From positions 288,001 through 352,000 of the forward strand of contig CBDAOI010000002.1 in NCBI GenBank assembly GCA_965198005.1: 64,000 nucleotides of DNA, in the 5' to 3' direction. Positions 55,488 to 64,000 of the stretch are shown here, one piece after another (within the stretch, counting starts at the first letter, position 1; every line of letters begins with the position of its first letter). The stretch is from Spirochaetia bacterium (GTDB lineage Bacteria > Spirochaetota > Spirochaetia > SZUA-6 > Bin103). A program made the position numbers and the translations under genes. The notes under the pieces are model-generated. The model made no database searches, was not told the origin of the DNA, and saw nothing but the letters and a program-made list of their open reading frames with translations.

Positions 55488-56708
55488 TCAGAACTCGTCG
55501 TAGCGGATCATCTCGGGTTCGACGCCGAGGTCGTAGAGCATCTTCTGCACCGCGGTCAGCATCAGCGGCGGGCCGCACAGGTAGTACTCAATGTCCTCCG
55601 GCGCCTCCTGCTTGCCCAGGTACTCGTCCAGCACCACCTGGTGGATGAAGCCCACCGGACCGTCCCAGTTGTCTTCGGGCAGCGGCTCCGACAGCGCAAT
55701 GTGGAAGGAGAAATTGGGGAACTTCTGCTCGATGTCGCGGAAGTGGTCCTCGTAGAAGATCTCGCGCTTGGAGCGCGCACCGTACCAGTAGGAGACCTTG
55801 CGCCCGGTCTTGAGAGTGTGGAACAGGTGGAAGACGTGGGCGCGCAGCGGCGCCATGCCGGCACCGCCGCCGACGTATACCATCTCCCGATCCGTTTCCT
55901 GGATAAAGAACTCCCCGTACGGACCTGAAATAGTCACCACGTCGCCCGGCTTGCGCGCGTACACGTAGGAGGAGGCCAGCCCCGGCTGCACCTGCATGCC
56001 GCGCGGCGGCGTGGCGACGCGCACGTTGAGCATCACGATGTTGCCCTCGGCCGGGTGGTTGGCCATCGAATAGGCGCGCTGAATCGGCATCGTGTTCTTG
56101 GCGCTGAGGGAGAACAGTTTCATCCGCTGCCAGTCTTCGAGGAACTCCTCCTCGATCTCGATGTCCTTGGCGAAGTCGATCTCGTAGGGGGGCACTTCGA
56201 TCTGGACGTAGCCGCCCGACTTGTGGTTGAGCTCCTCGCCCTCGGGCATGCGCAGCACGAACTCGCGGATGAAGGTGGCCACGCTCTCGTTGGAGATCAC
56301 TTCGCACTGCCACTTGTTGATCGAGAACACCTCGTCCGGCACCTGCACCTGCAGGTCGTCGCGCACCTTGACCTGGCACGACAGCCGCCAGTTGTCCTTG
56401 GCGTCGCGGAAGTTGACGTGCTGCTGCTCGGTCGGCAGGATGTCGCCGCCGCCGGCCAGCACTTGGCAGCGGCACACCCCGCAGGTGCCGCCGCCGCCGC
56501 ACGCCGACGGCAGCATCACGCCATTGCTCGACAGGGTGTTGAGCAGGGTGCCGCCGGCATCGGTCTCGATCGCGCCCTGCTCGTCGCCGTTGATGGTGAT
56601 CTTGACCTTGCGCTGCGGCCGCAGCCGCGCCTCGGCGACCAGCAGGGCGACCGTGAGCAACCCGATCACCGCCGGGAATACGACAATGCTTCCCAATACC
56701 TGCAACAT
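55488..56708 (-). CDS. nqrF: Na+-NQR subunit F
   Basis: SACGGGGTCGVC 2Fe-2S, RAYSMAN, GGGAGMAP, YYLCGPP. Confidence 0.97.
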   Translation of the reverse strand: MLQVLGSIVVFPAVIGLLTVALLVAEARLRPQRKVKITINGDEQGAIETDAGGTLLNTLSSNGVMLPSACGGGGTCGVCRCQVLAGGGDILPTEQQHVNFRDAKDNWRLSCQVKVRDDLQVQVPDEVFSINKWQCEVISNESVATFIREFVLRMPEGEELNHKSGGYVQIEVPPYEIDFAKDIEIEEEFLEDWQRMKLFSLSAKNTMPIQRAYSMANHPAEGNIVMLNVRVATPPRGMQVQPGLASSYVYARKPGDVVTISGPYGEFFIQETDREMVYVGGGAGMAPLRAHVFHLFHTLKTGRKVSYWYGARSKREIFYEDHFRDIEQKFPNFSFHIALSEPLPEDNWDGPVGFIHQVVLDEYLGKQEAPEDIEYYLCGPPLMLTAVQKMLYDLGVEPEMIRYDEF

Positions 56709-56738
56709 GCTCTCTCTCCCCGTCTCTCCCCGGCCCGC

Positions 56739-57350
56739 CTACAGTTGGATGCCGGAGAATGCCATGAAGCCGACCGACATCAAGCCGGTCAACAACATCG
56801 TCATCCCCAATCCGCGCAACGCCGGCGGCACGTTGGAGTAGCGGATTTTCTCGCGAATCGAGGCCAGGGCGATGATCGCCAGGGCCCAGCCCACTCCCGA
56901 GGACAGCCCGAACACCACCGACTCGCTGAAGTTGTAGCTGCGCTCCACCATGAACAGCGACCCCCCGAGAATCGAACAGTTCACCGTAATCAGCGGCAGG
57001 TAGATGCCCAGCGCGTGGTACAGGTTGGTCGAAGTTTTTTCGATGACCATCTCCACGAGCTGCACCATGGCCGCGATCACGGCGATGAAGGCGATGAAGT
57101 TGAGAAAGCTCAGGTCCACCTCGGCCATCGCCGGGCTGACCCAGGCCAGGCTGCCCGCCTTGAGCAGGTACTCGTGCATCGCCCAGTTGATCGGCACCGT
57201 GATGCCGAGTACGAAGATCACCGCGAATCCCAGGCCGATGGCGGTCTTGACCTGCTTGGAGACCGCCAGGAACGAGCACATCCCCAGGAAGAAGGCCAGC
57301 AGGATGTTCTCGACGAAGATCGCCTTGAGCGCCAGGTTGATCAGTGCCAT
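56739..57350 (-). CDS. nqrE: Na+-NQR subunit E
   Basis: [31 protein letters not shown]. Confidence 0.97.
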   Translation of the reverse strand: MALINLALKAIFVENILLAFFLGMCSFLAVSKQVKTAIGLGFAVIFVLGITVPINWAMHEYLLKAGSLAWVSPAMAEVDLSFLNFIAFIAVIAAMVQLVEMVIEKTSTNLYHALGIYLPLITVNCSILGGSLFMVERSYNFSESVVFGLSSGVGWALAIIALASIREKIRYSNVPPALRGLGMTMLLTGLMSVGFMAFSGIQL

Positions 57351-57409
57351 GTTCTCTTACACCCCCCGTTATCGCCGCACTCTCGTGTCCGGTTGACCGT
57401 CGCCATCGC

Positions 57410-58084
57410 CTACGCCTCCTCGGTGTAGCCGCTCATGCGGCGTTGCGCCCAGATCAGGAGGCCCATCAGGATGAACGCCCCCGGAGCCAGCACCATCAGC
57501 CCGTTGTCCACGTAGCCGGCGTTGTACAGCCCCTGCGGGATCACCTGCAATCCATAGATCTTCCCACTCCCGAACAGCTCTCTCAAGAACCCGACGGCGA
57601 GGATCACCAGGGCGTAACCCAGGCCGTTGCCCAGGGCGTCCAGCACGCTCGGCCACGGCTTGTTGGTCATCGCGAACGCCTCCAGCCGGCCCATGATGAT
57701 GCAGTTGGTGATGATCAGGGCCACGAACACCGAGAGCTGGCGCGAGACGTCGAACGCGTACGCCTTGAGCACCTGGTCGACCAGCGCCACCAGCGACGCC
57801 ACCACCGTCATCTGCACGATGATGCGCACGTTGTTGGGAATCAGGTTGCGCATCAGCGAGATGACCAGGTTCGATGACACCAGCACGAAGATCACCGCGA
57901 TCCCCATCACCAGCGACGGCTTGACCTGGGTGGTGACCGCCAGCGCCGAGCAGATGCCGAGCACCTGGATGGTGATCGGGTTGTTGTCCGACAGCGGGTC
58001 CTTGAGCACCGTCCGGTTCTGCGGTGAGAACAGGGGCTCGCGCTCCTTGGCCGGTGCCTGTGGGAGTACCTTGGGATCTGCCAT
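57410..58084 (-). CDS. nqrD: Na+-NQR subunit D
   Basis: [29 protein letters not shown]. Confidence 0.97.
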   Translation of the reverse strand: MADPKVLPQAPAKEREPLFSPQNRTVLKDPLSDNNPITIQVLGICSALAVTTQVKPSLVMGIAVIFVLVSSNLVISLMRNLIPNNVRIIVQMTVVASLVALVDQVLKAYAFDVSRQLSVFVALIITNCIIMGRLEAFAMTNKPWPSVLDALGNGLGYALVILAVGFLRELFGSGKIYGLQVIPQGLYNAGYVDNGLMVLAPGAFILMGLLIWAQRRMSGYTEEA

Positions 58085-58836
58085 TACTTCACCTCCGCCT
58101 GAGTCTCGGCTCGTACCCGTCTGATATAAGGTTCGTAGATTGCGAGTTTTTCTTCCAGCAGGTTGGTCACGCCGCGGCCGGTCATGCTGGCGCCGCTGAT
58201 GCCGTCGACCGCGTAGGTGTGATCGGCGGCGTTGGAGAACACGTCCGCCACCTTGCCCTTGACCACCTGAATCGAGCGCAGCGCGCTGCCGTCGAAGATG
58301 CGCTTGCCGACGAAGTTGGCCTGGAACCAGGCCTGGTCGATCTCGGCGCCGAGCCCGGCGGTCTCGGCGTGGTCGTAGAAAGTCATGCCGCGCACCGTGT
58401 CAAGGTCGGCCTCCAGGGCCAGGTAGCCGTACAGGGTGGACCACAGTCCCATGCCGTGCACGGGGATGGCGTACACGCTCGCCCTGCCGCCCTCGGTGAC
58501 CACGAACACCGGCAGCCGCCAAGCGGCCGCGTCGGGGTTCTCCAGCTCGTCCTCCAGGTCCACTCCCTCGGCGCTGAAGCCGGGAATCACCTTGCCCTCA
58601 TGATCCACCAGGAAGCTCTCCACCGAGTCGTCATAGAGCTGATTGAGCGCGTCCGGTTCGAGCCCTTGGTCGCGCTCCATCAGCCCCAACGCCAGCAGGA
58701 TGTTGGTGCGCATGTTGAGCGTCTCGTTGGCCTGCTGCGGCTCGCGCAGCGAGGTGGCGGCGAACGAGAGCACGAACCCCCAGAACACCGTGATGATCAG
58801 GACGAACACCACCGAATAGAGTTTGCTGCGATTCAT
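58084..58836 (-). CDS. nqrC: Na+-NQR subunit C
   Basis: [18 protein letters not shown]-attachment motif DGISGASMT. Confidence 0.95.
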   Translation of the reverse strand: MNRSKLYSVVFVLIITVFWGFVLSFAATSLREPQQANETLNMRTNILLALGLMERDQGLEPDALNQLYDDSVESFLVDHEGKVIPGFSAEGVDLEDELENPDAAAWRLPVFVVTEGGRASVYAIPVHGMGLWSTLYGYLALEADLDTVRGMTFYDHAETAGLGAEIDQAWFQANFVGKRIFDGSALRSIQVVKGKVADVFSNAADHTYAVDGISGASMTGRGVTNLLEEKLAIYEPYIRRVRAETQAEVK

Positions 58837-58846
58837 CTTCCCACAC

Positions 58847-60085
58847 TCACTCCGCGACCCGCGCGTCCGGCGCCGCGGCCGGTGTCGCCACGGGAACCGC
58901 CCGCGCCAGCCGTTGCTTGACGTTGGCGCGCACCACGAAGTGGTCGATCAGCGGCGCGAACATGTTCATGAACAGTATCGCCAGCATCACCCCTTCGGGG
59001 AACGCCGGGTTGAGAATCCGGACCAGGATCGACAGTACGCCGCACAGGAACCCGTAGATCCACTTGCCGGCGTCGGTGGCGGCGGCGGACACCGGATCGG
59101 TGGCCATGTAGGCCAGGCCGAAGGCGAAGCCGCCCAGGGTCAGGTGATAGTGGATGGGAAGCGCCAGAAAGTGGCCCGGATGCGGGGCGGCGAGATTGAG
59201 GATCGCGGCCATCGCCACGCCGCCGATCAGCATCGACAGCATGATGCGCCAGCTCCCGACCCCGGTGATCAGCAGCAGGCCGATGCCGAGCAGAATCGCC
59301 AGCGTCGAGGTTTCTCCAATGCTTCCGGGAATCAGCCCGATGAAGGAATTCCACCAGGTCACGCCCTGGGCGGCGAGCACGTCGACGATCGGCGTCTCCG
59401 CCCCTTCGGCGACTACCGCCAACGGACTTGCGGAAGAAAAACCGTCCAGGGCCACCCACACCCGGTCGCCGGAGATCTGCGCCGGGTAGGCGAAGAACAG
59501 GAACGCGCGCACCACCAGCGCCGGGTTGAAGATGTTCATGCCGGTGCCGCCGAAGATCTCCTTGCCGATGACCACCCCGAAGCTGGTGGCGATGGCGAGC
59601 TGCCACCAGGGAATGGTGGGCGGCACGATCAGCGCGATCAGGAAGCCCGACACCAGGAACCCCTCGCTCACCTCGTGGCGGCGGATCACCGCGAACAGGA
59701 ACTCCCAGCCCAGCCCCACGGCGTAGGTGACGATCAGGATCGGCAGGAAGCGAATCAGACCTTGCACCACCGCCTGGATGAAGGTGAAGTTCGCCCCCAT
59801 GGCGCATACCTCGGCGCCCGATGCCATGCACTCCGCCAGCAGCCGTTGGAAACCGATGTTGAAGATGCCCACCAGGGTGGGCGGGATCAGGGCGAAGATC
59901 ACGGTCACCATCATCCGCTTGGAGTCGAAGTCGTCGCGGATGTGGGCGCCCGCCCTGGTCCGGTTGGGCAACACGAACGCCAGGGTCGCGAACGCGTCGT
60001 ACGCCGGATACAGCTTCTCCAGCTTGCCGCCCTTCTCGAACAGCGGTTCGACCCGCTCCAACAACCCCTTCAGCAACTGCTGCAC
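58847..60085 (-). CDS. nqrB: Na+-NQR subunit B
   Basis: HIRD..DSKRMM, KEIFGGTGMN..NPAL, DGFSSASP, GSIGETS, MATDPVS. Confidence 0.96.
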   Translation of the reverse strand: MQQLLKGLLERVEPLFEKGGKLEKLYPAYDAFATLAFVLPNRTRAGAHIRDDFDSKRMMVTVIFALIPPTLVGIFNIGFQRLLAECMASGAEVCAMGANFTFIQAVVQGLIRFLPILIVTYAVGLGWEFLFAVIRRHEVSEGFLVSGFLIALIVPPTIPWWQLAIATSFGVVIGKEIFGGTGMNIFNPALVVRAFLFFAYPAQISGDRVWVALDGFSSASPLAVVAEGAETPIVDVLAAQGVTWWNSFIGLIPGSIGETSTLAILLGIGLLLITGVGSWRIMLSMLIGGVAMAAILNLAAPHPGHFLALPIHYHLTLGGFAFGLAYMATDPVSAAATDAGKWIYGFLCGVLSILVRILNPAFPEGVMLAILFMNMFAPLIDHFVVRANVKQRLARAVPVATPAAAPDARVAE

Positions 60086-60108
60086 GTCATCTGGCTCCTA
60101 CGTAGCTC

Positions 60109-61458
60109 CTACGTCTCGCGCTCGATGAAGTCGAGCCCGCGGCGCGTGATCTGTTGCCACTCGATCTTCGAGGGGCAGATGTACTCGCAGAGGGCCACGT
60201 CCTCCTCCGCGATCTCGTGAATGCCCAATCCCTCCATCTGGGGGATGTCCTCGGCGAGGATGCTCTTCATCAGGAACTCCGGGTGGATGTCGATCGGCAG
60301 CACCTCGCGGTAGATGCCGGTGGCGATGAAGGCGCGCTCGCCGCCGTGCAGCCCGGTATGCTTGCGCACCGGGCGCGCCGGCGCCAGCCAGGAGGAGAGG
60401 AAGGTGCGCGAGCGGCTGCCGGCCTTGAATCCGGGCAGCGCCCAGCCGATCAGCTCCGGCTCCACCACCTCCGGCAGCAGGGTCAGCGAGCTGTCGAAGA
60501 ACCCCAGGAAGCCGGCCGGCGTGATCTGACGGCCGGTAAGCGGGTTGCCGGAGATGAAGCGGGTGGCGGCCGGGTCGCCGGCGGGTCCGGCAAGCCCCTC
60601 GACCTGGGCGCCGTGGACGGTGCGCAGGTAGCCGCGCCGGGCGGCCGCGGAGCCGCTCACCGCGACCGTGACCATGGGATCGACCGCGCCGTCGGCGAAC
60701 AGCGACCCGATCATCAGCACGCCCTTGAGCGGACAGGTCCAGACCACGTCGTTGCGGCCGGCGATCGGCGCGACGTGGTGAACGTGCACCCCCACGTTGC
60801 CGGCCGGATGCGGCCCGCTGAACGTGTGTACCTGGAGGTTGCCGATGGCCGACAGGTCCGGCAGCGGCGGCCCGTCGGGGGCCACCCCGACGTGCAGCGC
60901 GCCCGGCGTCAGCGCCGCCAGGGCGCGCAGGCCGAGCACCAGGTGCTGCTCGCGGCCGGCCAGCAGCAGCTCGGGCTGCGCGCCCAGGGGCGCGGTGTCC
61001 ATGACCGACACGAACAGGTCGCGCGGCACGTCGGCGGGGTTCGCCAAGCGGGCCAGCGGGCGCTGCACCAGGAACGGGAACAGGCCGGAGCGCAACAGCG
61101 CATCGAGCACTGCCTCGCGGCCGGCATCGGGACGCGGTACCGGAAACGACTCGCGCTCGCCGGCGCCGTCGGTCCGGATCACCACCTCGTGGATGGCGCG
61201 GCGCGGTCCGCGCTGGACGTTCACCACCATCCCGCTCGCGGGCGCGGTGAACAGCACGTCGGGGTACGTCTTGTCGTGAAAGATCGGGGTCCCGAGCTTG
61301 ACCTGATCGCCCTCGGCCACGTCCATGCGCGCGATCAGGCCGTGGAAGTCGAGCGGCTTGATCGCCACGCTGCGTGGCGCCGGCGCGTCGGTGATCGACG
61401 GCTCGGCCGCTCCCTCGAGCGCGATGTCGTAGCCCCGTCTAAGCTTTATCGTTGACAT
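60109..61458 (-). CDS. nqrA: Na+-NQR subunit A
   Basis: IKLRRGYDI.L.G, FTAPASG, GPHPAGNVG, EEDVALCEYICPSK. Confidence 0.96.
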   Translation of the reverse strand: MSTIKLRRGYDIALEGAAEPSITDAPAPRSVAIKPLDFHGLIARMDVAEGDQVKLGTPIFHDKTYPDVLFTAPASGMVVNVQRGPRRAIHEVVIRTDGAGERESFPVPRPDAGREAVLDALLRSGLFPFLVQRPLARLANPADVPRDLFVSVMDTAPLGAQPELLLAGREQHLVLGLRALAALTPGALHVGVAPDGPPLPDLSAIGNLQVHTFSGPHPAGNVGVHVHHVAPIAGRNDVVWTCPLKGVLMIGSLFADGAVDPMVTVAVSGSAAARRGYLRTVHGAQVEGLAGPAGDPAATRFISGNPLTGRQITPAGFLGFFDSSLTLLPEVVEPELIGWALPGFKAGSRSRTFLSSWLAPARPVRKHTGLHGGERAFIATGIYREVLPIDIHPEFLMKSILAEDIPQMEGLGIHEIAEEDVALCEYICPSKIEWQQITRRGLDFIERET

Positions 61459-61528
61459 TACCTATTTGGAGATAGCGGCGGGGGCCGTCCGCCGGCGGTT
61501 GGCGCACTGGTGCCCGCGTCCCGTGCTA

Positions 61529-61557
61529 TATATAGAGAATAAACCGTCGGGGTGCAA
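61529..61557 (-). promoter_or_regulatory. Possible sigma70-type promoter of the nqr operon
   Basis: TTGCAC-17bp-TATATA in an AT-rich patch upstream of nqrA. Confidence 0.5.
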
Positions 61558-61701
61558 GCAGTACAACCCACCGACGGCGTGAATCCCATCAAATTCCTGA
61601 AGTCTGGCCCCCGGCGGCCTCAACGGCGAGCGCAGCCACCGGCGACGGCCTCCGGCGTCAGGTTCCCGCTTGGGGAGCGGCGCCGGGCCGGTCGCGGGGC
61701 G

Positions 61702-61870
61702 TCAGGCCTCCGCGTTCGGGGCGGCGCCGGCCAGCAGCGCTTCAATCCGGGCGCGGTGCGGCATGGAGGGCTGCGCCCCTTCCTGCCGCACCGACAGCGC
61801 GGCAGCGGCGGGCAGCCGCTCCACGTAGACCACCAGATCGGTGTTGATCGAACCCACCACACACACCGCA
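61702..61870 (-). pseudogene. Internally deleted ribokinase remnant
   Basis: N-terminal VCVVGSINTDLVVYVERLP joined in frame to C-terminal AAAALSVRQEGAQPSMP. Confidence 0.8.
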
Positions 61871-61904
61871 GCCGCCGCAGCCCGGCGCGCGCCGCCCGCA
61901 CCCA

Positions 61905-62050
61905 ACCCGGAAGCTCCACCCGCAGGTCGTCCTGCTCCCCGTGATAGCGGGTCACGATCGCCCCCGCCTCCACGTCCCTCGTCACCCACGCGTTGGCGCC
62001 GATGATCGAGCCCCGCCCGAGCCGCGTGCGCCCCAGGATGGTCGCCCCCG
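61905..62050 (-). pseudogene. C-terminal remnant of a serine O-acetyltransferase-like hexapeptide protein
   Basis: GATILGRTRLGRGSIIGANAWVTRDV. Confidence 0.65.
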
Positions 62051-62129
62051 ACATGCAGCGGGTCATGGCGGCCATCATTCCTCGGCATCTGGCCGCGGCG
62101 CAGTCACTTCCGAGTGACACAGGGACCGG

Positions 62130-62735
62130 CTACGCGCCGCTGCGAGCCGGACTGCGCTGACCGAAGGTGCGCGGCGTGAAGCCTTCGGGGTTGGTGATGC
62201 TCGCGCTGCTGCCGGTGGCCCGGATCACGTACAGTCCCTGCCGCCCGGCATGGACCGTCACCGATCCATCCGCCTTCAGGTAGGCCACCGCCCCGTACGC
62301 TCGCCGGTCGTCGTATTCCGGCATCAGTTCCGGGAACTCCTGCAACCGCTCCACGAAATAATCGACGTCGGCGACCTTGAGCGTGGTCTTTACCTCCACC
62401 ACCACGACCTGCTCGCCGTTGACCGCCAGAATGTCGAACTCCCAGCGCCGCTCCCCGTAGTTCTTCTTCGGATTGGCTAGCGTGTGGTCCACTGCGATGC
62501 CGCGCTGATTCAGCAGGTGCACGAGGTCGCCCTCCACCAGGGACTCCATCAGCTTTCCCCACTGCCCGTTGAACAGCTCGTCAAGCCGGCGCAAGCGCAG
62601 GTCGGTCTCCTGCATGTGGCGGTCGGTCTCCTGCATGCGGCGGTCGGTCTCCTGCTGGCTCTCCGCTAACTCGCGCAGGATGTTCCAGATCTCCTCCGGC
62701 GTCGCCGGTTCCCGGTGTCCGTCGTGGTCAGCCAT
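62130..62735 (-). CDS. Coiled-coil + PD-(D/E)XK protein (DUF3782-like)
   Basis: QETDRRM heptads, WGKLMESLV, EFDILAVNG..VVVEVKTTL. Confidence 0.8.
   Translation of the reverse strand: MADHDGHREPATPEEIWNILRELAESQQETDRRMQETDRHMQETDLRLRRLDELFNGQWGKLMESLVEGDLVHLLNQRGIAVDHTLANPKKNYGERRWEFDILAVNGEQVVVVEVKTTLKVADVDYFVERLQEFPELMPEYDDRRAYGAVAYLKADGSVTVHAGRQGLYVIRATGSSASITNPEGFTPRTFGQRSPARSGA
62601..62660. repeat. 21-bp in-frame tandem repeat (QETDRRM-like, 3 copies)
   Basis: GTCGGTCTCCTGC recurs at 21-bp spacing. Confidence 0.8.
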
Positions 62736-62889
62736 GCCGCAACTCGATGCTCCGAGTGTACTCACCGCCGCACGACCGGGCAATGGCCCCCGCGCTGCTC
62801 CAGCGCTGCCCACGGGAGGCACCGATTGCAGGGAACGATAGCTCGGCATCAAGTCTCGGATTGCGCTTGCTTGGATGGGTGTCAGGCGA

Positions 62890-63482
62890 ATCATGGGTGG
62901 CCACGATAATCTGTCGATCCATCGAACGCTGTTTGATCATGCCAGCGATCAGGCCGATCGCCGCCGGATGCAGGCCAAGTTCGGGTTCGTCCAGCAGGAC
63001 TACGTCGGGAAGCATGTAGGAAGGGAGGTTCAGCAGCGTCACGAGAGCGAACAGACGCAGCGAAACGCCTCATCGACGAACATGAACCGGTCGGGTTGCG
63101 CGTGCGCCAGTGCGAATCGATATTCGTTCCTGGCTGCGTCGGTGCGCATGACCAGCGTCGCTTCCATGCGTGGACTCACACTGCTGCCGCGAAACAACTG
63201 ATCGTCGGCTCCACCCTGATGTGTGATGAACTGAGCCAAGCGGCGAGCCCTCAGCATCCAGCTCATCATCTCGAAGAAACGGATCAGGTTGGACTTGCCC
63301 GAGCCGTTGGCGCCGATGAGCACCGCGGCTCGAGGAAGGTGCCGTATGTCGATATCCGCAAGCGATCGGAAGCCTTGGATACGGATCGCTACCAGAGATG
63401 TTGGGCTAGGCAGCGAACCCCCGCTGCCTGCCCCGGGTTCCGACCTGGATCCGGGTGGTTCTGGTAACCGGACGGTTGTCAC
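62890..63482 (-). pseudogene. Internally deleted AAA_21/ABC-type ATPase
   Basis: Walker A GANGSGKS fragment (63039-63482) abuts, in another frame, a Walker B DEPELGLHP..QIIVATH fragment; the middle is missing. Confidence 0.8.
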
Positions 63483-63774
63483 GGTGCTCGCCTCAGACTC
63501 CTCCGTTTCGCCTCAACGTGCGCCGCGCCTGCACGTCGCGGGAAGAAGTCGGCTGTATCATAGCGCTGTCCCTCGGGACGCTGTAGCGATGACGATACGT
63601 CCACCATAGTGAATACGACATCACAACAGTATTATACGTCCTGCACCCTGACTCGAACAGTCGCGAGGCAACCAGGCGATTGGCCGGCTGCGGGAGCGTT
63701 ATCCGCGCGTGGGACGGTCCGACACGCTGGAGTTGCACACGGCCCGGCGCGGGCCGCCGCCACCGGCAGCCGCT

Positions 63775-63905
63775 CGTAGGCGCTCACGTTGTCGCGCAGC
63801 TGCCACATGCGATCGAGGAACGGCCCATGCGAATAGCGTTCGACGTCAAGTCGGCGCCACTGGTCGAGCGTGAGCTCCCCGCGCTCGGCAGTCAGCCATC
63901 CGGTG
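63775..63905 (-). pseudogene. PIN/VapC toxin fragment
   Basis: VERYSHGPFLDRMWQLRDNVSAY resembles the VapC mid-region; N-terminal D motif absent. Confidence 0.55.
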
Positions 63906-64000
63906 GTTCGGGGAGCCACGGTTCAAGTTCTTGACCCTGGCGAAGGTGGCCCGATCTGAGCATGCCGCTGGCAACTTCGCATATCCGGGACGCGGGTTGA

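Noticed and set aside
55488-61458. Rnf complex
   Set aside because: The order A-B-C-D-E-F and the NqrA/NqrF signatures identify Na+-NQR.

Overview
High-GC bacterial chromosome segment, most consistent with a marine spirochaete (inferred from a FliG-like gene beside asnS, a DUF6657-like gene, a LysM lipoprotein and Na+-NQR). It is mostly housekeeping: TMTC-like TPR membrane protein, rsmD, recG, yggT, hom, dnaE, a wzz-like gene, ligA, FGGY kinase, tRNA-Pro/ygfA, argRCBDG, hisC, tRNA-Phe, asnS, hisB, an aroD-aroE fusion, sugar-ABC parts, ndk and nqrABCDEF with a polyprenyl synthase. Two decaying accessory patches lie at about 50.8-54.5 kb and 61.6-64 kb. The most notable locus is a compact nitrogen-assimilation module at 41.1-50.3 kb. 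It has an AnfA/VnfA-type sigma54 activator with no nif genes in the window and two consensus sigma54 promoters (amtB-glnK, glnA-glnE). Each promoter is preceded by a pair of CYAC-N6-GTAG-like boxes about 30 bp apart, and a fifth box covers the activator's own -10. The PII lacks the uridylylatable Tyr51, and the GlnE carries two GlnD-like ACT domains and appears to have its AT and AR domains in reversed order. Other oddities are a LigA with a duplicated HhH block, an orphan Mad3/Mad4-like ATPase plus TOPRIM-like pair, and several internally collapsed pseudogenes. All calls come from reading motifs by eye; no searches were run.
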